A stretch of DNA of 64,000 nt, from NCBI GenBank assembly GCA_009103225.1, contig RHPI01002973.1, positions 1 to 64,000 of the forward strand, read 5' to 3'. A program made the translations under genes and the position numbers. Positions 25,274 to 38,930 of this stretch are shown piece by piece (position 1 is the stretch's first letter; the number at the start of each line of letters is the position of its first letter). The stretch comes from Chlorokybus atmophyticus (lineage: Eukaryota > Plantae > Mesostigma and Chlorokybus algae). The notes beneath the pieces were generated by a model. It was not told where the DNA came from. It ran no database searches and was given only the letters and a program-made list of their open reading frames with translations.

Positions 25274-27720
25274 ATGGCTACTGGGGAGGGCAGCCAACTG
25301 CCTGCTGCAGCTGATTGCTTCAGGGCCAAGGGCAACCATTTGCTGGGCCAGGTGGCAGGCCAGCAGTTCTCGATGAAGGAGGAGTACAAGCATATGCGCA
25401 TAACGCTGATGGTCAACCTGGATTAGCTGAAGAAGGAGATGTTAAGCAAGTGGCCACTACCTCAAGGTATGAAGGGCAAGGATTTCAAGATGAATGCCGA
25501 GCACCGGCAGAAGCTCGACGAAGTATGCGAGGCGGTCTTGCAGCAGTCACTTCCACTGGTCTTTGACGCAAACCACACGCTCACGTGGATAAAAGGTGAG
25601 CTGCTTTCTTGGTGACATCTGCTGTTGACAGAAACTTGAATTCAGCTGTGTTGAAGTGAGCTTTCAAGCATGTCGTTCAGCTTTCAGTTCACTCACTGTC
25701 TGCTTAGCTGTCTTGCCGTTGACAGTCCTTGCCCTGGTTGCTGTGTTTGTGCTTGTTGATTCATTGGTCAGTTGCGATATGCTGTCTTTGAGGCTGTCTT
25801 CTGCTAGATGCCATCTTCCAATAGCTGAAAATGCTGTATTGGAGCTGTCTTGCCGTTGACAGTCCTTGCCATTGGTACTTTGCTGTACTCTTATCTGCTT
25901 GTGTTGCAGCACAAATCAAGCAGCATGTACTGGTGCTGCAGTACTCCGTTGGCGCGAAGCGCGGCAGTGGTACCGGGAAGAGCGTCAGAGAACGCAATGA
26001 GGCCAAGAAGCAAAGGCGTGCCAGCGACAGGGAAGCTGCACAAGGCAGCCGCGCTGCTCAAGCTGGAGCTAGCTGGGGCATGACATTTTGTCTGGGGAGG
26101 GACATGAGGGCCAACCAGCAGGTGGTCATGCTTGCGCCTTTAATGGCTCTTCCTCTCACAAACGCTTAGTACCGGGCCACTTGGCTAAAAGAGAGGTAAG
26201 CAACCATGGTGCTGTTGGTCGACTGTCGGTCCTGTTGTACTGTTTTGCTGAGCTGCTGCCTCCATGCATACTGGCTTAACACATGGTGCCTGCTACTCTG
26301 AATGCTACTCTGCGTGTCACGACAGGGGTGCGGGCGGATATGCTGAAGATCAGGTGCTCGACATTTGCAACAACGCAGTAGTTGTTGGCGTCGCCACCAT
26401 CGATTTCGTATGCGAGCCAGACCAACCAATGCGCACGTATCTAGTCTCTGTTAACCACTGGATGGCAATGAAAAGTGAGGATGGCAACCTTGCCGTTCAA
26501 CTACCTGTGAAAGAAAGGCATTTTCTCTATGGCACGCCGACAAGCAGCTGCCATGGTGGGCGTACTCTGGAGGTACATTGCTTGCTGTGGATATGCACAT
26601 GCTCCTGCTGTGACTGTATGGTGTAGTGTATGAGCATTTCTTGTGTTAAACACAACAACATGCAGGGCAGGGAGATGGAGTGGCCCATGATGTTCTTGGC
26701 CAGCGGAGGCATCTGCCCCTGTGAGGCATGCGCTAACGATGAGCGCATTGCGGTGCCGGGTTGCATCAAGGACCGGCTGCCTACGCCCGCAGCCAGGCAC
26801 AGCACAGACACAGAGGTTAATAAGGGCTGTTGTTAGGCTGCTGTCACATGATGAACAGTCGCCAATGCAGCCATTGATCACGCCTTAACAGTCGCAAAGT
26901 GCATTACATGTTGCAGTTCTTGACAGTCATTAACGCACTGCAGACTGTGGTATTGACAGTCGCCAATGGACTGCACTGACCACTCTGGGTCCTAGGCAGG
27001 TTGCTGGGGCGATCTCTGACTGTGAAGATGAAGAAGCCGCCGCCATGGACTTGCGAACTGCAGCGGGGATCGTATGCAACACCAAGCCCAACGCCCCCAC
27101 CAGAGAGGAGGCAATGGACATGTATGAGTACTACCACCATATCGAGCACACGCTGTTCCACAATGGTCACCAGCTGGCATTTAAGGACCCCGACCGAATG
27201 GAGCGTGTACCAGACGAGCTGATCTTGAGAGCCATTGTCAGCGTTGCTGCCAAGAAAAAGTGGGTGTCCAACAAAGATGTTGAAGGAGGGTGCGAGTGGG
27301 GATCCAATCGCAAACTACCAGGTATGCATACTCCACTGCAGCAAGTTAACGACAGTCCTTTGCTGGTTTTCAAGAGTGATGAATTGGTACAATGCAGGGC
27401 TTTTGAGCGAGGCAAAGAAGAGAAAGCCATTCCGACCCAAGAGGCAGTGGACGCGACAAGCCTCGTCATCCTCCTAGGTGGGTGGTTTCCTGTGCTATGG
27501 TCAAGTTACTGTTTGTGTAAGCACGTGACAGTACAGTAGTTGTGCAGAGCTCAGCAAGCACTCGCTGAGTGTTTGCAAGAGATGCTGTTGAGCAAGGCTG
27601 TCGCGGGTGTCTTCACATTGGGGCTGAATCAACCAGGGAGAGCACAAGTCTGGCTTCCAGGCGAAGGTGCTGGCAACACAAGAGACTGATGTTGTTAGCT
27701 GCTCCTGTTACCTCCTGTAA
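25274..27720 (+). pseudogene. Uncharacterised multi-exon gene, divergent from the SET gene; one in-frame TAG
   Basis: Protein-like exons at ~25274-25596, 25905-26120, 26270-26575, 26655-26815 and 27010-27480; TAG at 25424. Confidence 0.6.
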
Positions 27721-28736
27721 CCGCAGCTTGAAGTGCATGTAGGAGACTGTAGCTACAGTCTCACTGGCTTGACACTGATGGGCTGTCGTTTGACAGTCCA
27801 TGACAGCATTTCTATGAATTGCATGCGTGTTAGATTGTATGCACCGGGCACGGTGCAGGCACTAGTGCTAAGACCATGCATGGATTCAATGGACCGCCAG
27901 AGTCCACATAGCCGTTCCACGGTTTTGTCAAGACCTCACCTAGTCACACTAATCGCCGCCCGACTGCGAGGAGCGCCTGCGTTAGAGCCTCATTCATGGT
28001 GCGCATGGGTACAGGGGGTTCCATTGTTGCAGCACAACTACCAGCATGCATTGGATGTTTGGGTTAGGGTTACTTATAGTTTGGGGTAAGCCACACAGAC
28101 ACCGTCCTCGAACATGGACAACTTCATCGAAAATAGAGAATGTAATTTCGCTTGGTTTGTATGGACCAATAAACATAGAGTTCATTTGGCAATCAAAGTT
28201 TCGAAAAAAGGCAATTTCCACGACAATTGCTCGTGCGGCCTATTGCGGTCGGAGCAAGCGGAGACGCGATTGGTGTCCAACCAGCACAATTGCTGATGTG
28301 GATTTTCCGAACGATCACTGCATTCCATTGATTGCAGGGATTTCCGCACCGGGAATTGCACTGATTGTCCCACAGCACCGGCGTACTTGCTGGTTGTGTT
28401 GGCGGCGGCGGCGCTGTGGCGAGGTGAGCGAGCGTTGTCAGCTGTGCAATATATAGGATGCAGCAATTGTGGCATGTATCACAATGTGAGGCATGCATTG
28501 CACACCACACACAACAGCACACAACACTTACATTCACCACCGGGTGCTCTTCCTACTTACTACCTACCTAACTTCACTACTAGCCCAAACCCCGTTAGAC
28601 AAGCATGCATGCACGCGCATCACCTGCCTTCATGGATCCTTTCTTGTCGCACTGCTCTTTTAGTGGTTGCATGCTGGGTCACTTTGTTGCAATTAGCAAA
28701 TACAGCATGGTGTTGTGCCTTTAGCATTCTGGACTG

Positions 28737-29035
28737 CCATTTGCCTGCGAGCTTGCTGCTAGGCTTACCTTTGTCGTGTTCAGCTGGCAAGAAGCTGAAG
28801 CGGCTTCTACTCTACAAGATACTGGGTGTTTGGCTTGCTGGGTGCCTGTTTGACAAGTTCACAAGCACATGTTTGTGCATGCACATGCCATTTGCCTGCT
28901 AGCTTGCTGTTAGGCTTACCTTTCTCGTGTTCAGCTGGCAAGAAGCTGAAGAAGCTTCTACTCTACAAGGTACTGGGTGTTTGGTTTGCTGGGTGCCTGT
29001 TTGACAAGTTCACAAGCACGCCTTTGTGCAAGCAG
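28737..29035. repeat. Tandem duplication, period 151 bp
   Basis: ccatttgcctgc...caagttcacaagcac at 28737 and 28888. Confidence 0.85.
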
Positions 29036-29394
29036 CTTAGAGACACTTCTTTTGCAAGGTACATGGTTTGCTTGCTGTGACAAGTCAACAAGCAAGTCCA
29101 CATGGCTTACAACCTGCAGTCACTTGAGTCAACCAAGACTTGAGGTTGATTAGGGTTGCGGTTGCAACTGACTTGTAAAGCAAGCTTGATCTATAGAATG
29201 CTGGTGGTCCTTCTAATGAGCAGCTGCAGCATGAGTGGGAAACCAGTGAGGCGACTGTTCACCTGCGTGATCTTGAGACCACAGCAATGGTCTCCTTAAA
29301 AGTGAGCTTATGCATCAAGCATCCGCAATCAATGTCAGACCTTGCTGCCGAAGTCTGTTTCGTCCCATGTTGTACTAGTGCACCAATGTAAACT

Positions 29395-31645
29395 ATGCAG
29401 GCACTGAAGGTCCTACATTGGCGTGGGAAGCATCATGCCCGTGATCGTCGCAAGGTCACCAAGCTGGCCGACAAAGGCCGGATTTGCTACGAGTACTGTC
29501 GCATGATGCCGGGGAAGACTCAAACGAAGCAGGACCCATTCAAGATCGCTCTTGCAACCAAATGCTGGCATCTGCTGAATCCAGAGCTCTCCTATCAAAT
29601 GGTTGGCAATTTCCCACAGTTATATGAGGCGTCATGCAATATGGCAGCATTGTCTGAGCTGGCTGGAGTTTGCTTTGCATGTGTTGGCCTTCACAACTTC
29701 TTCATTGGTGGGTAGGCGCGTTTGAAGATTCAACAGTATTTGGGCAACAAAAAGGGATACAGCAACCCCAAGCACAAAGAGAAGCAGAAAGAAAAGAGTC
29801 GGAAGCGTTACAAGGAGATGATGGAGAAGGCTTTCGCGGGGGGCTTTGTGCCAAGGCGCAGGGGAGGGCCTAGCGACAAGAACAACAAGGTGTGTGTCAT
29901 GTAGTGACTAAGGTGTTTATGCGATGTGCATGTCTTGAGTGCCTTTGCCATGTGCTTGATAGAAAGCCAACAAGAAGAAGCCCAAGAAGTCAAAGGAAGT
30001 GCAATCCGCCAGCGACGACGAGGATGCCACCTCAGAGGGTGACCTACAGTTTGCACAAAGTTGGCTTTGTCAATGTCGTGTTGAGAACGATGCTTTGTGT
30101 TTGATGGTGCCTTATATATGCAGGTTGTGTGGTGTGTATGATGACCCCTTGTAATTGCACGGCGCCCACGCGTTCACATCCCGCCAGCGACGCCATCGAC
30201 AACAGAAATAGCACCTCGCAGCGTGAGCCGCGTCTTGCGCGCGCAGGCAGCTGCTGGAGTACTGTGTGTATATGCAGCCTTTGGTGATCGGTGCCTTGTA
30301 TATGCGATAGGTAACAAGGAAGGCACTGCACTACAACCCTCAAGTTCTCCTGCGACTGGTTCACAGGTCAAATGCCGCTCCTGCTTGTACTTTGCTAAAC
30401 ATGTGTTCATGATCGTTTATGACTGTTGTGTTCAGGCACGTGCCAAGCAGGGTGCTGATGTGCGTGACAGCAGCTCAGGGAAGCGCAAAGTGTCTGGTGA
30501 GGTACGCAGCAGTGGACTTGATAGAGCGGCAATGCACTGAGTTGTGGCTCACCATCTGACTTCATGCCGTTGGCAGGAGGATGAGGTGTCAAGCCCCCCC
30601 AAAGAAGAAGAAAACAACCAAAACTGTTTGCTCGATACCGGCTTCCTACAAGTCTCACGAGGCAGGCCACTCGACTGGCAAGCAGGAGACGGTGTTGGAG
30701 AAGAAGAGCGGCAAGCGAAAGGAGGTATGAAAGCACCATGTACTTGATCTTATGGGCTTCTTGCGTTCTTCTGGCTGCACACAAACTGTCACCTGCGGCA
30801 GGCACGCATTCGTTGCGTGACGGTTGTAAGCTTGTTAACACGTCGTGTCACCTTGTCGCGCAGGATGAGCCAACGTATTCAAAAATGCTTGAGACAGATA
30901 GAAGCGAGAACAGCGGTGAAGACGGCGCCAAGGACAGCGCCCCGGACAGCGAGGGGGACAGCCCCAACAACAGCGACAACGACTCGCAGAAGGCAGGTCG
31001 CTTCGCAAGCACTGTATAAGAGAGATCACATTTGTGTATGTGTGTACCTTTTGATGTATTTGTCACTTGCACGCGCAGGAAGAGCTGAGCGACAAGGACG
31101 ACACCGCACCAACGATGAAGGTTGGCAGTGAAGTTCAACTGTTCATTAACGGGCGCAAAGAACCAGTAGGGGAGGCGCACGTAAGCGACATCAATCCTGT
31201 CAACAAGTTTCATGGCAAGAAGATTGGAGAGGGCAACATGGTGGTCCAGTTCAGCCGCAGTCTTCCCATCACTAGGACCAGACGTCCCGGACCAGGGGAA
31301 GAAGAGGTTGTGCCTCTGCCAATCAGCTTCAAGCGTGATGGGGTTGGAGTGCAAGTGACCCACTTGAAAGGTGAACGCGTTTGTGTGCATGCGATTGCAT
31401 GAACAGTTTCAACATTATGCAAGTCAGCTGAGTTCATGTGTGGTTGATGTATGCGCAGAGTGCGAGCCGGGTTTGTTGCTACTTTGGCCTGTTGGGTTGC
31501 TGAAGAGTATCAAGGTGAGGGAGCCAGCAAAGGAAGGCACAACCACATAGCGCGGGAGGGGCCGTGGGAAGGGCAGCCGGGGTGGGCGGGGTGGGCGCGG
31601 TGGGCGTGGTCGAGGCAGCAAGAAGTAGGTAGCAGAGATACATTG
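29395..31645 (+). CDS. CACTA/EnSpm TnpA-like gene (basic region, acidic linker, Transposase_23-like C-terminal domain, RGG tail)
   Basis: KVGSEVQLF...EPVGEAHVSDINPVNKFHGKKIGEGNMVVQF (31067-31402) fits the En/Spm Tnp1-type pattern; multi-exon. Confidence 0.6.
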
Positions 31646-31779
31646 TAGACATCAGTGAATTTTTTGTTCGAGTCAGCTGCCATTCACCTGACATTGCTGT
31701 CCAAATTCACCGGCTGGACTGATTGCTATGTGCTATGTCACAGCTATGCTATGTTACAGCTGTTGACGATAGCAAGATG

Positions 31780-32225
31780 CAGTGGTTATTCAACCAAACT
31801 GTGAGTGAATAACCACTTATATGTAGGACTATGTGTGTGAGCAGAAGTGCTGTATTATTTAATTATTCGCGTGAAAATCAACCAAAGGCAGCAGTGATTG
31901 TTCAACCATACTATGGGTGAATAACCACTCAAATATAGGACTATGTGTGAGAGCAGATATGCTGTATTATTCAATCACAAATCGTATGAATAATCACTCG
32001 CTAGTATGGTACATGTGCTGTTGAAACAGCTTTAGTGTGTGTGAACATTAAGCCAATATGCGTGTGAATAATTACCTATAAAGAGGACCTAGTGTGAGAG
32101 CAGGCGCTGTACATAATCACGCACACAAAGTATGAATAATCACTTGGTGCCATGGTACAAGTCTAGGACCATGTATACCTAAGAAGACTGAATACGCAGT
32201 TCTGTTGCGAGTGAATAACTACTCA
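31780..32225. repeat. AT-rich degenerate repeats carrying the TGAATAA(T/C)CAC motif
   Basis: gtgaataaccact, tatgaataatcac and aggactatgtgtg recur at ~130-bp spacing. Confidence 0.7.
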
Positions 32226-32442
32226 CATGTAGAAGGTTGTGTGCGAGATGGACAACTACAATTATTCATGATTAAAACGTGTGAATATCCATTGCTTGTA
32301 TAAGGGCATTTGGCCTGAATAATCAGCAATCGTAACAGCGACCTCTGCAGCCACGCAAGTGGCGAGTTCACACATAAAACAGATGAGTATTCAGGGCAAA
32401 TGCGCTGAATTTTCAGAAATTCGGGGGGTCCAGAATTACCGA

Positions 32443-35417
32443 TGAGCAGGCCTTTGAGGAGCTGAAGAGCAGGCTCACCACCGCTCCCATCCTTCAACGT
32501 TCGAACTACGCCAAGCCTTTCATCCTTCACACCGACTGAAGCAAGCTGGGGATGGGAGCGGTGCTGGTGCAGCATGATGAGAACAAGAAGGAGCGGGTGG
32601 TGTCATACGCCAGCCGAAGCAACAATAGCGCCAAGGCCAACTACAGCAGCTACGAGCGGGAGTGCCTCGCTGCAGTGTGGGCCATCTCCTTTTTCCGACC
32701 CTTCCTCTTTGGTCGGCAGTTCCAGCTGATCACCGATCATCAGCCCCTCAAGTGGCTGATGACCAACCAACATCTGACAGGGAAACTTGCTCGATGGGCC
32801 CTGCTGTTGCAGGAGTTCGACTTCGAGATCGACAACCGCGCTGGCCTCACCAACCAAGACGCCGATGGCCTCAGTCGCAACCCTCACCTCAGCACCAGCG
32901 ATGCAACCGAAGCCCGGCATGAGCTCGTCCCGGCAGCAACAACCCCCACCATGGCAGCCATGTTTGCGGCTGCTGCGTTGCGCTCAGGGCGCAAGACCAA
33001 CACCACTGCCTCAGCAGTGGCAGAGGAGATTCCTGCCCTTGAGCCTAACAGCCCTGCGGCAACCACACCCTTGGGAGACGCCCATGCAGTCGACATTGAA
33101 GTCGATGACACAGAGTTGGCGCCCACTGACACCAGGCAGGACATATGGCTGGACAAGCCATCACTCTCCTTTCTTCAAAGTGGCCAGCTTCCCTCCGGCA
33201 TGAGTGCCCGAGAGAAGGATCGTGTCAACCAACGCACCCGTCACTATCGATGGGCAGATAACAAGCTATATCGCCGCTTCCATGACAAAGACAAGGAAGT
33301 GCCGACACCAGTCACGCGCGAGGGCATCATCACTTCCCTCCACACTAGGCTTGGACACTTTGGTGTCAAGCGTACAGTCAGCCTAGTGAGGGCACAATAT
33401 TGGTGGTATGGGTTAACAAAACAGGTGCAGGGGTTCGTCAGCCACTGCCAGCACTGTGACATGGTGCGCGCCAGCCTCAACACGCGTAGCGCCACCTTAC
33501 ACCCACTCCCCATCTCCGATCTCTTTTACCGATGGGGGCTCGACATCTTGAGAGACTTGGCACCCTCAGCGCGTGGCAACCGTTACATCCCAGTCATGAT
33601 CGAGCACTTCTCCAAATGGGTGGAGCTGGTACCATTATCCGACAAGAGCAGCAGGGGGGTGTTTCAAGCCTTCCTCTCTCACGTTCTCAGCCGATTTGGC
33701 AGCTGCGCCGAGGTCATCACTGACCAAATTACTGAGTTCAGAGGGGAGTTCGACACCCTCTTGGAGAGATGTTACATCGACCACCGTCGTGCCTCGCGTG
33801 ATCACCCTCAAGCCGACGGTCTCGCAGAGCGTACAGTGCAGACCATCAAGAAGGCACTCCGCAAGTACGTGCTGGAGTACGAGAAGAACACTTGGGATGA
33901 CCACCTCCCGTGGGTGGCCCTCAGATATCGATTGTCAAAGCAGGCGGCTTTGCGTGAGTACAGCCCGTACTACCTGCTGTTCGGGCGACCACCATTGCTC
34001 CCCTTCCGTGCGCAGCAGGAGGTGGATCGCGTTGTGAACAACCTCGACGACCCTGACTGGATGCACCACGACATCACCACGCGCCGCGCTTTTCGAGCGC
34101 ACCGTTCCCATGGCCTTCAACAACCTGCGCATCGCGCAGCATCGCGACACGCTGCGCTACGAGCGCGTACGCAGCGGCTTCTACAAGGAGCGCCAACGGC
34201 GATTCCAAGCGGGGGACTTTGCCTATCACATGGCAGCCACCAAAGACACGCTCGACACCTCCGTAGGCCGCACCGTCTACAAGGTACTCAAAGTGTACCC
34301 CACAGGGGTGCTGGACCTCCTTGGTCAAAACGGAGAGAGGTTGAAGGACAACATGGTGAACTGCGCGCCACGTCACCTTCCTTACGTAGCCGGCTTTGGG
34401 CGTATCCAGCACCCGCGTCCCGCGCGCAGCACACGCTGTGAACGCTGCGGCAGCGTCGACGACGACGCACTCATGATGCTCTGCAATGGCTGCAACAAGG
34501 GCTTGCATTGCTACTGCCTGGAGCCACCTTTGGACGTGATACCCATGGAGGAGTATTGGTGCGACGATTGCCGTACCAACGGCCCTCCTCACTTACGTTA
34601 GCAGCTGAGCTCTGGAGCTGGAACCTCCCCCCGAGCTCAGGGGGGGTGGCTTGTTGACTGTGTGTCCTACAGCACCGCATGTACACTAGGGAGAACACCG
34701 ACTCCACCTGCCCGTACTACCCGGCAGCAGCAGACCAGCTGCACAAAGCACTTGTTACCATGAGGGTTGGGTTATCCTGCTTTGCTGAGCGTTACAAATG
34801 TGGCGCAGTAGCATGTCTAGCAAGCATGTGTGTCCCTGCAGTTGTCCGAGACAGCGTGATCCTCGACTCCCCTCGACCCGACAGCTGTCATGCCTATCGC
34901 CCGGGCATGCCAGTCTTCATCGGGCATGCCTACAGCGAGACCCTCGCCCGGCTTACCAGCATGGCGACCCGTGCGCGTCACTGACCAGTAGCTAAGTCAT
35001 GTCTCTAGAGTAGCTCATGACCATAGCCTACATAGGTACCGCGCGTAGCTGTTCAGTTGTGAGTTCAGTTATAAGTTGGGTTCTATCGAGTGGGGATTTC
35101 TTTGAAAATAGCCTCGATATAATCGCTAGCATATGTTCTAAACAGTCATGATTTGACTTATATAAGTAGGCACAGTGTTCACCGGATCAGGTGGTGACAC
35201 TGTGAGTGAGAAAGCTAAGAGCTTGTGAAGCGACTTGAACTACGAAACACGCCGTCCCGGCTCCCAAGAATCCCCTCACCGTGTGAGAGCCTGTGCATGC
35301 TCTTGTACACTATGCTTGTCCTTGTTATGAGCTTGGTGTACTTGGTCGCGGTGTGCTTGTTGGCATTAGTCAGGGCATAGCATCCACGTGTTGCTTGCTC
35401 ATTCACCTCACTTAACA
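32443..35417 (+). mobile_element. Ty3/gypsy fragment: RNaseH-integrase-PHD finger plus 3' LTR (34652-35417)
   Basis: FILHTD*S..GAVLVQ, YSSYERECLA, TDHQPLKWL, HTRLGHFG/CQHC, YHPQ-like DHPQADGLAER; PHD CERC..MMLCNGCNKGLHCYCL...YWCDDC; PPT GGGGGG; LTR TGTTGA...TTAACA. Confidence 0.92.
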
Positions 35418-35479
35418 ATGCAATCTCTCATCCACTCATGCAAAGAACTGTGTAAACAGCGCTACCTATAGTAGTCGCT

Positions 35480-35706
35480 TGTTGACTGTGTGTCCTACAG
35501 CACCGCATGTACACTAGGGAGAACACCGACTCCACCTGCCCGTACTACCCGGCAGCAGCAGACCAGCTGCACAAAGCACTTGTTACCATGAGGGTTATCC
35601 TGCTTTGCTGCGCGTTACAAATGTGGCGCAGTAGCATGTCTAGCAAGCAAGTCTGTCCCTGCAGCTGTCCGAGACAGCGTGACCCTCGACTCCCCTCGAC
35701 CCGACA
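35480..35706 (+). mobile_element. Partial second copy of the gypsy-PHD LTR
   Basis: Near-identical to the first ~230 bp from 34652. Confidence 0.85.
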
Positions 35707-36801
35707 ATTAGCATCGTTGTTCCTGATTTCAAATTCTATTTTTAGCAGCACAGGCAGATTCTCACTCAGTTTCAACCTTAATGATGCACTCCTTCCTTCC
35801 AGCATGATATCCACAACTTCATACTCTATATGCAGCCCGGACAGCACATTCAGACACAGATCATTTTTTGAGACAGTCTCTCCTATAGAGGTCAAATCGT
35901 TCCCAAGCTGTTGTGCATGTCATATAAACCCTGTAACTGTCTCCGAATTCAGCTTCCTCATGCTGTTGAATGCTTGCTTGAGTTCAATCTTACGACCAAC
36001 AGAGCGTGTAGCAAACAGATTTTCCCAAGCCTCCCATGCCGCCTTGGCATTAGAGCATGACTGCAGCATTGGCCTATGGAACGGCTCAACATGCATGCAC
36101 ATCAAAGCCAAAGCACGCATACTCTTCTTCTGCCAAGCAGACTCATTCCCAACTTGTACACTAAGCTTTGGGTCAACGTAGTCCCAGAACTCCTTGTAGA
36201 TCAGCTTCATCTTCATCTTGAAGCTCCAGCTAGCATAGTTGTCATCCCGCAAGGGCTTATGGTATACTTCTCCTGCTCTGCATCCGTTGTTGTTGCCATT
36301 GGATCCACCAAGCTGCTCAACCTTCAGCGAACTTCCAGCAGACACCTCCGCTCGTTCGCAGGCTATCAGAACAGGTACAGCAACTCCCAAAGTACCCACA
36401 ACTTCCAACACATAGGACAATCACTCTCTCAAGTTACATACAGCTCTTATGGGTGTGGGCCCATAACCTGTTGACTGAAACTATTGCATGCAACCATGCA
36501 CAGCATACAACATACACACGCAATTGTAGAGCTTGTGTAGGCAACACCGCCAAAAAACTGACTCGAGAGTAAACTGTATTGAAAGGACGTGGGCTGTGTC
36601 GGCTCTAGGCCCTCAACTGGGGTCTTACCAGAAGACCAGCTTGGACTGTGCCAGTTCTAACTGCCTGCAGCCTATACACATCTGCAGTATAGAGTAGCTT
36701 ATCTAATGTTATTAAATAAGCTACTCATAGTCCCAATAGACAAGCTGACTGCATACAAGTCATGAGTCATAAACCATGCATAACATGATCTATTCTCAAC
36801 A
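35706..36801 (-). mobile_element. Copia family C 5' fragment: LTR 36469-36801, PBS, partial gag
   Basis: PBS GGTTATGGGCCCAC; gag NYASWSFKMKMKLIYKEFWDYVD, AKAAWEAWENLF. Confidence 0.88.
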
Positions 36802-36913
36802 AGAACATGGGGAGTCATGGTACTAGCCACGGGTATCAGTGAGTTAACAAGCCACTTCCAAAGGTAGCGCTATAACTACCGAACCTTGCGTGAGTGAAAA
36901 CGGGTCCATCAAT

Positions 36914-38930
36914 TGTTAAGTGAGGTAAATGAATGCAGCAACAAAGTGATGCCACACTCGGATGGTAACCGTTCACATCGTGCCTACAATACAACCAAGC
37001 TCGCACACATTGAGAACCAGTGCACACGCTGCAGACGCTGCACACTGTCACAGGTATGAAGGCCTCTTAGCACTCGGGACGGCTTGCTGTGCGCAGTCGC
37101 ACCCCTTTACAACTTGCTGGCTCCGAGTCTCGTTCAACACAACACTCGCAGCATGCAATAGCAGTCTCCATGGTTCACAACTCAAAGCTTTATCACACAT
37201 TCTGAAGTCCACTCTTACGTACTCACTCATAGTTTCACCAAGTATACAAGCAATAGTATGCCTACTTACACCGTCGTATGAACATATGTGAGCCAGTAGT
37301 TCAGCATGATTAACCAATCTAATCACGGCTGTTCGTTAGCTGTTTACAATTGAATTGTCTAGTCAAAATGGGCAGAAAGCGAGTCTGTCTACGGGCAGTG
37401 TGGTGGACTCACAACGGATCAGCTAAGATCAAGAGACCTCCTGGTGGAAAGTTCCCAGGTCTTGATTAGAACGCAAGGTTGGGTGGTCGTGACTTTCAAC
37501 TGATGGCTAGGAAGTCGCGTGGTAGGGTCGGAATTCCAACGTATCAGCTACGCGGGGTACCCATGAGGACTGTCTCGGGACTTGCAAGTGGTGGTGAAGA
37601 ACTGATGCCAGTAGTGCGGGAGAGTCGGGCTGGTTGAAGAGAACTGAGATGCCGGTAGCTCGGGATGCAGACTGGATGTAGGCATCCACGAGGAGGATGA
37701 GCCCTCCTTGACAATTAGCATGATAGCTGTCGGGTTGCGCGGGGTCGAGCGCTGACTTGTCTCGGGCAGCATCAGGGCAATTGTGCTGTGGATGAGGAAG
37801 CGGTGTGGCAGTGGCTTGCGTGCTGCTGTAAACATAGGTGAAGGCGGAGGAGTACCCCCTTGCTGAAAGTGTGCAGTGAAAAGGGCTGATTTCGATGCCA
37901 ATGATGAGATAGAATATGGGGAGTCGTATGCCGGGTAGTTGTAAGTCAACAAGCCAACCCCCTTGAGGCCTGTGGAAGTCCCTGCTACATGTTTTAGTTG
38001 GAGACGGTTTGGTGGTCCGTGAGTGCGGCAGTCGCACCAGTAGGCCTCGAGGGGGACCTTCTGAAGATGAGAGTCAAAGCAATAGCAGCGCATGCCGTTG
38101 TTGCAGCCGTCGCACAGCATCATGAGGGCGTCGTCATCCGCACTGCCGCATTGCTCACAGCGCTTGCTGCGGAGGGGGCGTGGCCCACCAGTGGCGGATG
38201 ACGCTAAAGCCTGCCACTTGTGGAAGGTGACAGGGTGCGCAGTTGGTGATGTTGTCCTTTAGACGCTCGTCGTCGTTGCTGAGGAGGTCAAGGACTCCGG
38301 AGGGATACACCTTCAGGACTTTGTGGATGACGCTCTGGACGCTGATGTCAAGGGTGTCTTGTGTGCGGGCCATGCGGTGTACAAAGTCACCTGCTTTGAA
38401 GCGCCGGTTGCGTTGCTTGTAGAAGCCGCTGTGGACGCGTTCGTAGCGCAACGTGTCACACATTGCCGCGACGGTCGCGGTGTTGAGCAATGCGCAGGTT
38501 GCTCATGGCCATAGGGATCAGGTGGTAGACGAGGTCAGCACGGGCTTGTATGTCGTAGTGCATGAGGGCAGGGTCCTCCAGGTTGTTCAGCACTCGTGCA
38601 GCATCTTGCTGTCTGCGAAAAGGAAGCAGTATTGGCTCGCGGCCGAACAGCAGCTGGTAGGGGTTGTACTTGTTGAGTGCAATTTGTTTGGACAAGTGGT
38701 AGCCCAACGCCAGCCAAGAGAGGTACTCATCCCAGGCGCTTGTCGTGCTCAATAAGGTACTTCCGTAGCGCCTCAGGCATGAAGAAGGCGTCGTGTTGGT
38801 CTGTACAATGCGTTCTGATAGGCCGTCGACCTGTGGGTGATCCCATGAGGTGCGCTTATAGTCGATGTAGGCGTGGTTGAGGAGATTGTCATACTCCCCA
38901 CAGAACTCAATGCCCCGGTCAGTTTGCTAA
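36914..38930 (-). mobile_element. Second, diverged gypsy integrase-PHD copy with 3' LTR (36914-37951), inverted relative to copy 1
   Basis: MMLCDGCNNGMRCYCF..YWCDC; DTLRYERVHSGFY; LTR ends cattcatttacctcacttaaca, as at 35417. Confidence 0.88.

Noticed and set aside
28059-28071. Telomeric TTAGGG
   Set aside because: Only about two units; at most a telo-box
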